Below are positions 6,446-6,994 of a stretch of 6,994 nucleotides of DNA, one piece after another; position 1 is the stretch's first letter; each line of letters opens with the position of its first letter. The position numbers and the translations under genes were made by a program. Origin of the DNA: Octopus sinensis (lineage: Eukaryota); assembly GCF_006345805.1 (NCBI RefSeq), contig NW_021829158.1, positions 1-6,994 on the forward strand. Direction: 5' to 3'. The notes beneath the pieces are model-generated. The model was given only the letters and a program-made list of their open reading frames with translations. It made no database searches and was not told where the DNA came from.

Positions 6446-6737
6446 TGGGATCAATAAACAGAGCCCCAGCCCTTATGGTAGAGTCTTCTTTATCTCCATC
6501 TTTCTGTCACTTTGTCTCTATCTCTCTCGTTCTTACAGATGCGGTGCCGCAGCATCGTGAAAGCGCCCAAGTGGGAGCAATTTGCTCCAATAAATTTAGG
6601 AGGACTGAACTAAGTAAGAATCCTGTTGATATCGTGCTGAATATGAATCGGCCCAAATAACCAGAATTGCTTGGTATGATTGGGTTGATATATAAAAACC
6701 CTGTATATAGTAATGATTGTTTGCCAAAATAACATGA

Positions 6738-6994
6738 CAGTCCTGGTTTAGGACGAATGTTGCTGTAATTTAGCCCCAGGAGACATCGTCTACAGCTGGC
6801 TATACAACACGATCTGTGTCCTTATATTTTCAATCAAGGGGATCTAGCACCCCCACTCAGCCCAAAACAATATCTGTGTATCGCTATCCCGGTTTTTCCA
6901 TTCATCTTCACAGAAATCGCCATACACAGATATTGTTCTGAGCTGAGTGGTGCTGCTAGATTCCCTTGTTCGAAAATATAGGACACAGATTGTG
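6738..6994. mobile_element. Fold-back/MITE-like element with long inverted arms, truncated by the window edge
   Basis: 6808-6884 and the reverse complement of 6919-6994 align at 67 of 77 positions (9 mismatches, 1 gap; hand count) around a 34-nt spacer. The symmetry reaches the last base of the window. The left boundary at CAGTCC (6738) is a guess. Confidence 0.75.

Noticed and set aside
6445-6660. 71-aa ORF
   Set aside because: No recognisable family, it begins at the end of a decayed SINE, and there is no supporting splice or expression signal.

Overview
Eukaryotic, AT-rich, microsatellite-dense non-coding DNA (intron or intergenic). No protein-coding gene, rRNA, intact tRNA or CRISPR array is supported. 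The listed ORFs are read-throughs of simple repeats and SINEs, or have no recognisable homology. From recall, not a database search, the SINE families resemble those of Octopus/coleoid cephalopods. Contents: a probable non-autonomous Helitron 5' end at the left edge; three tRNA-headed CORE-like SINEs at 884-1730; several compound microsatellites; a decayed SINE fragment at about 6322-6445; and a long fold-back inverted repeat running off the right edge. The main structure is a 768-bp multimeric SINE (4567-5334): one tRNA-like head followed by four diverged units of 174-190 bp, all enclosed by one perfect 17-bp target-site duplication. Removing it restores the tRNA-like head of an older CORE-type SINE. 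The start of the target site can base-pair with the unit-unit junction, which suggests a multimeric RNA primed internally. A post-insertion duplication model remains open and is testable.
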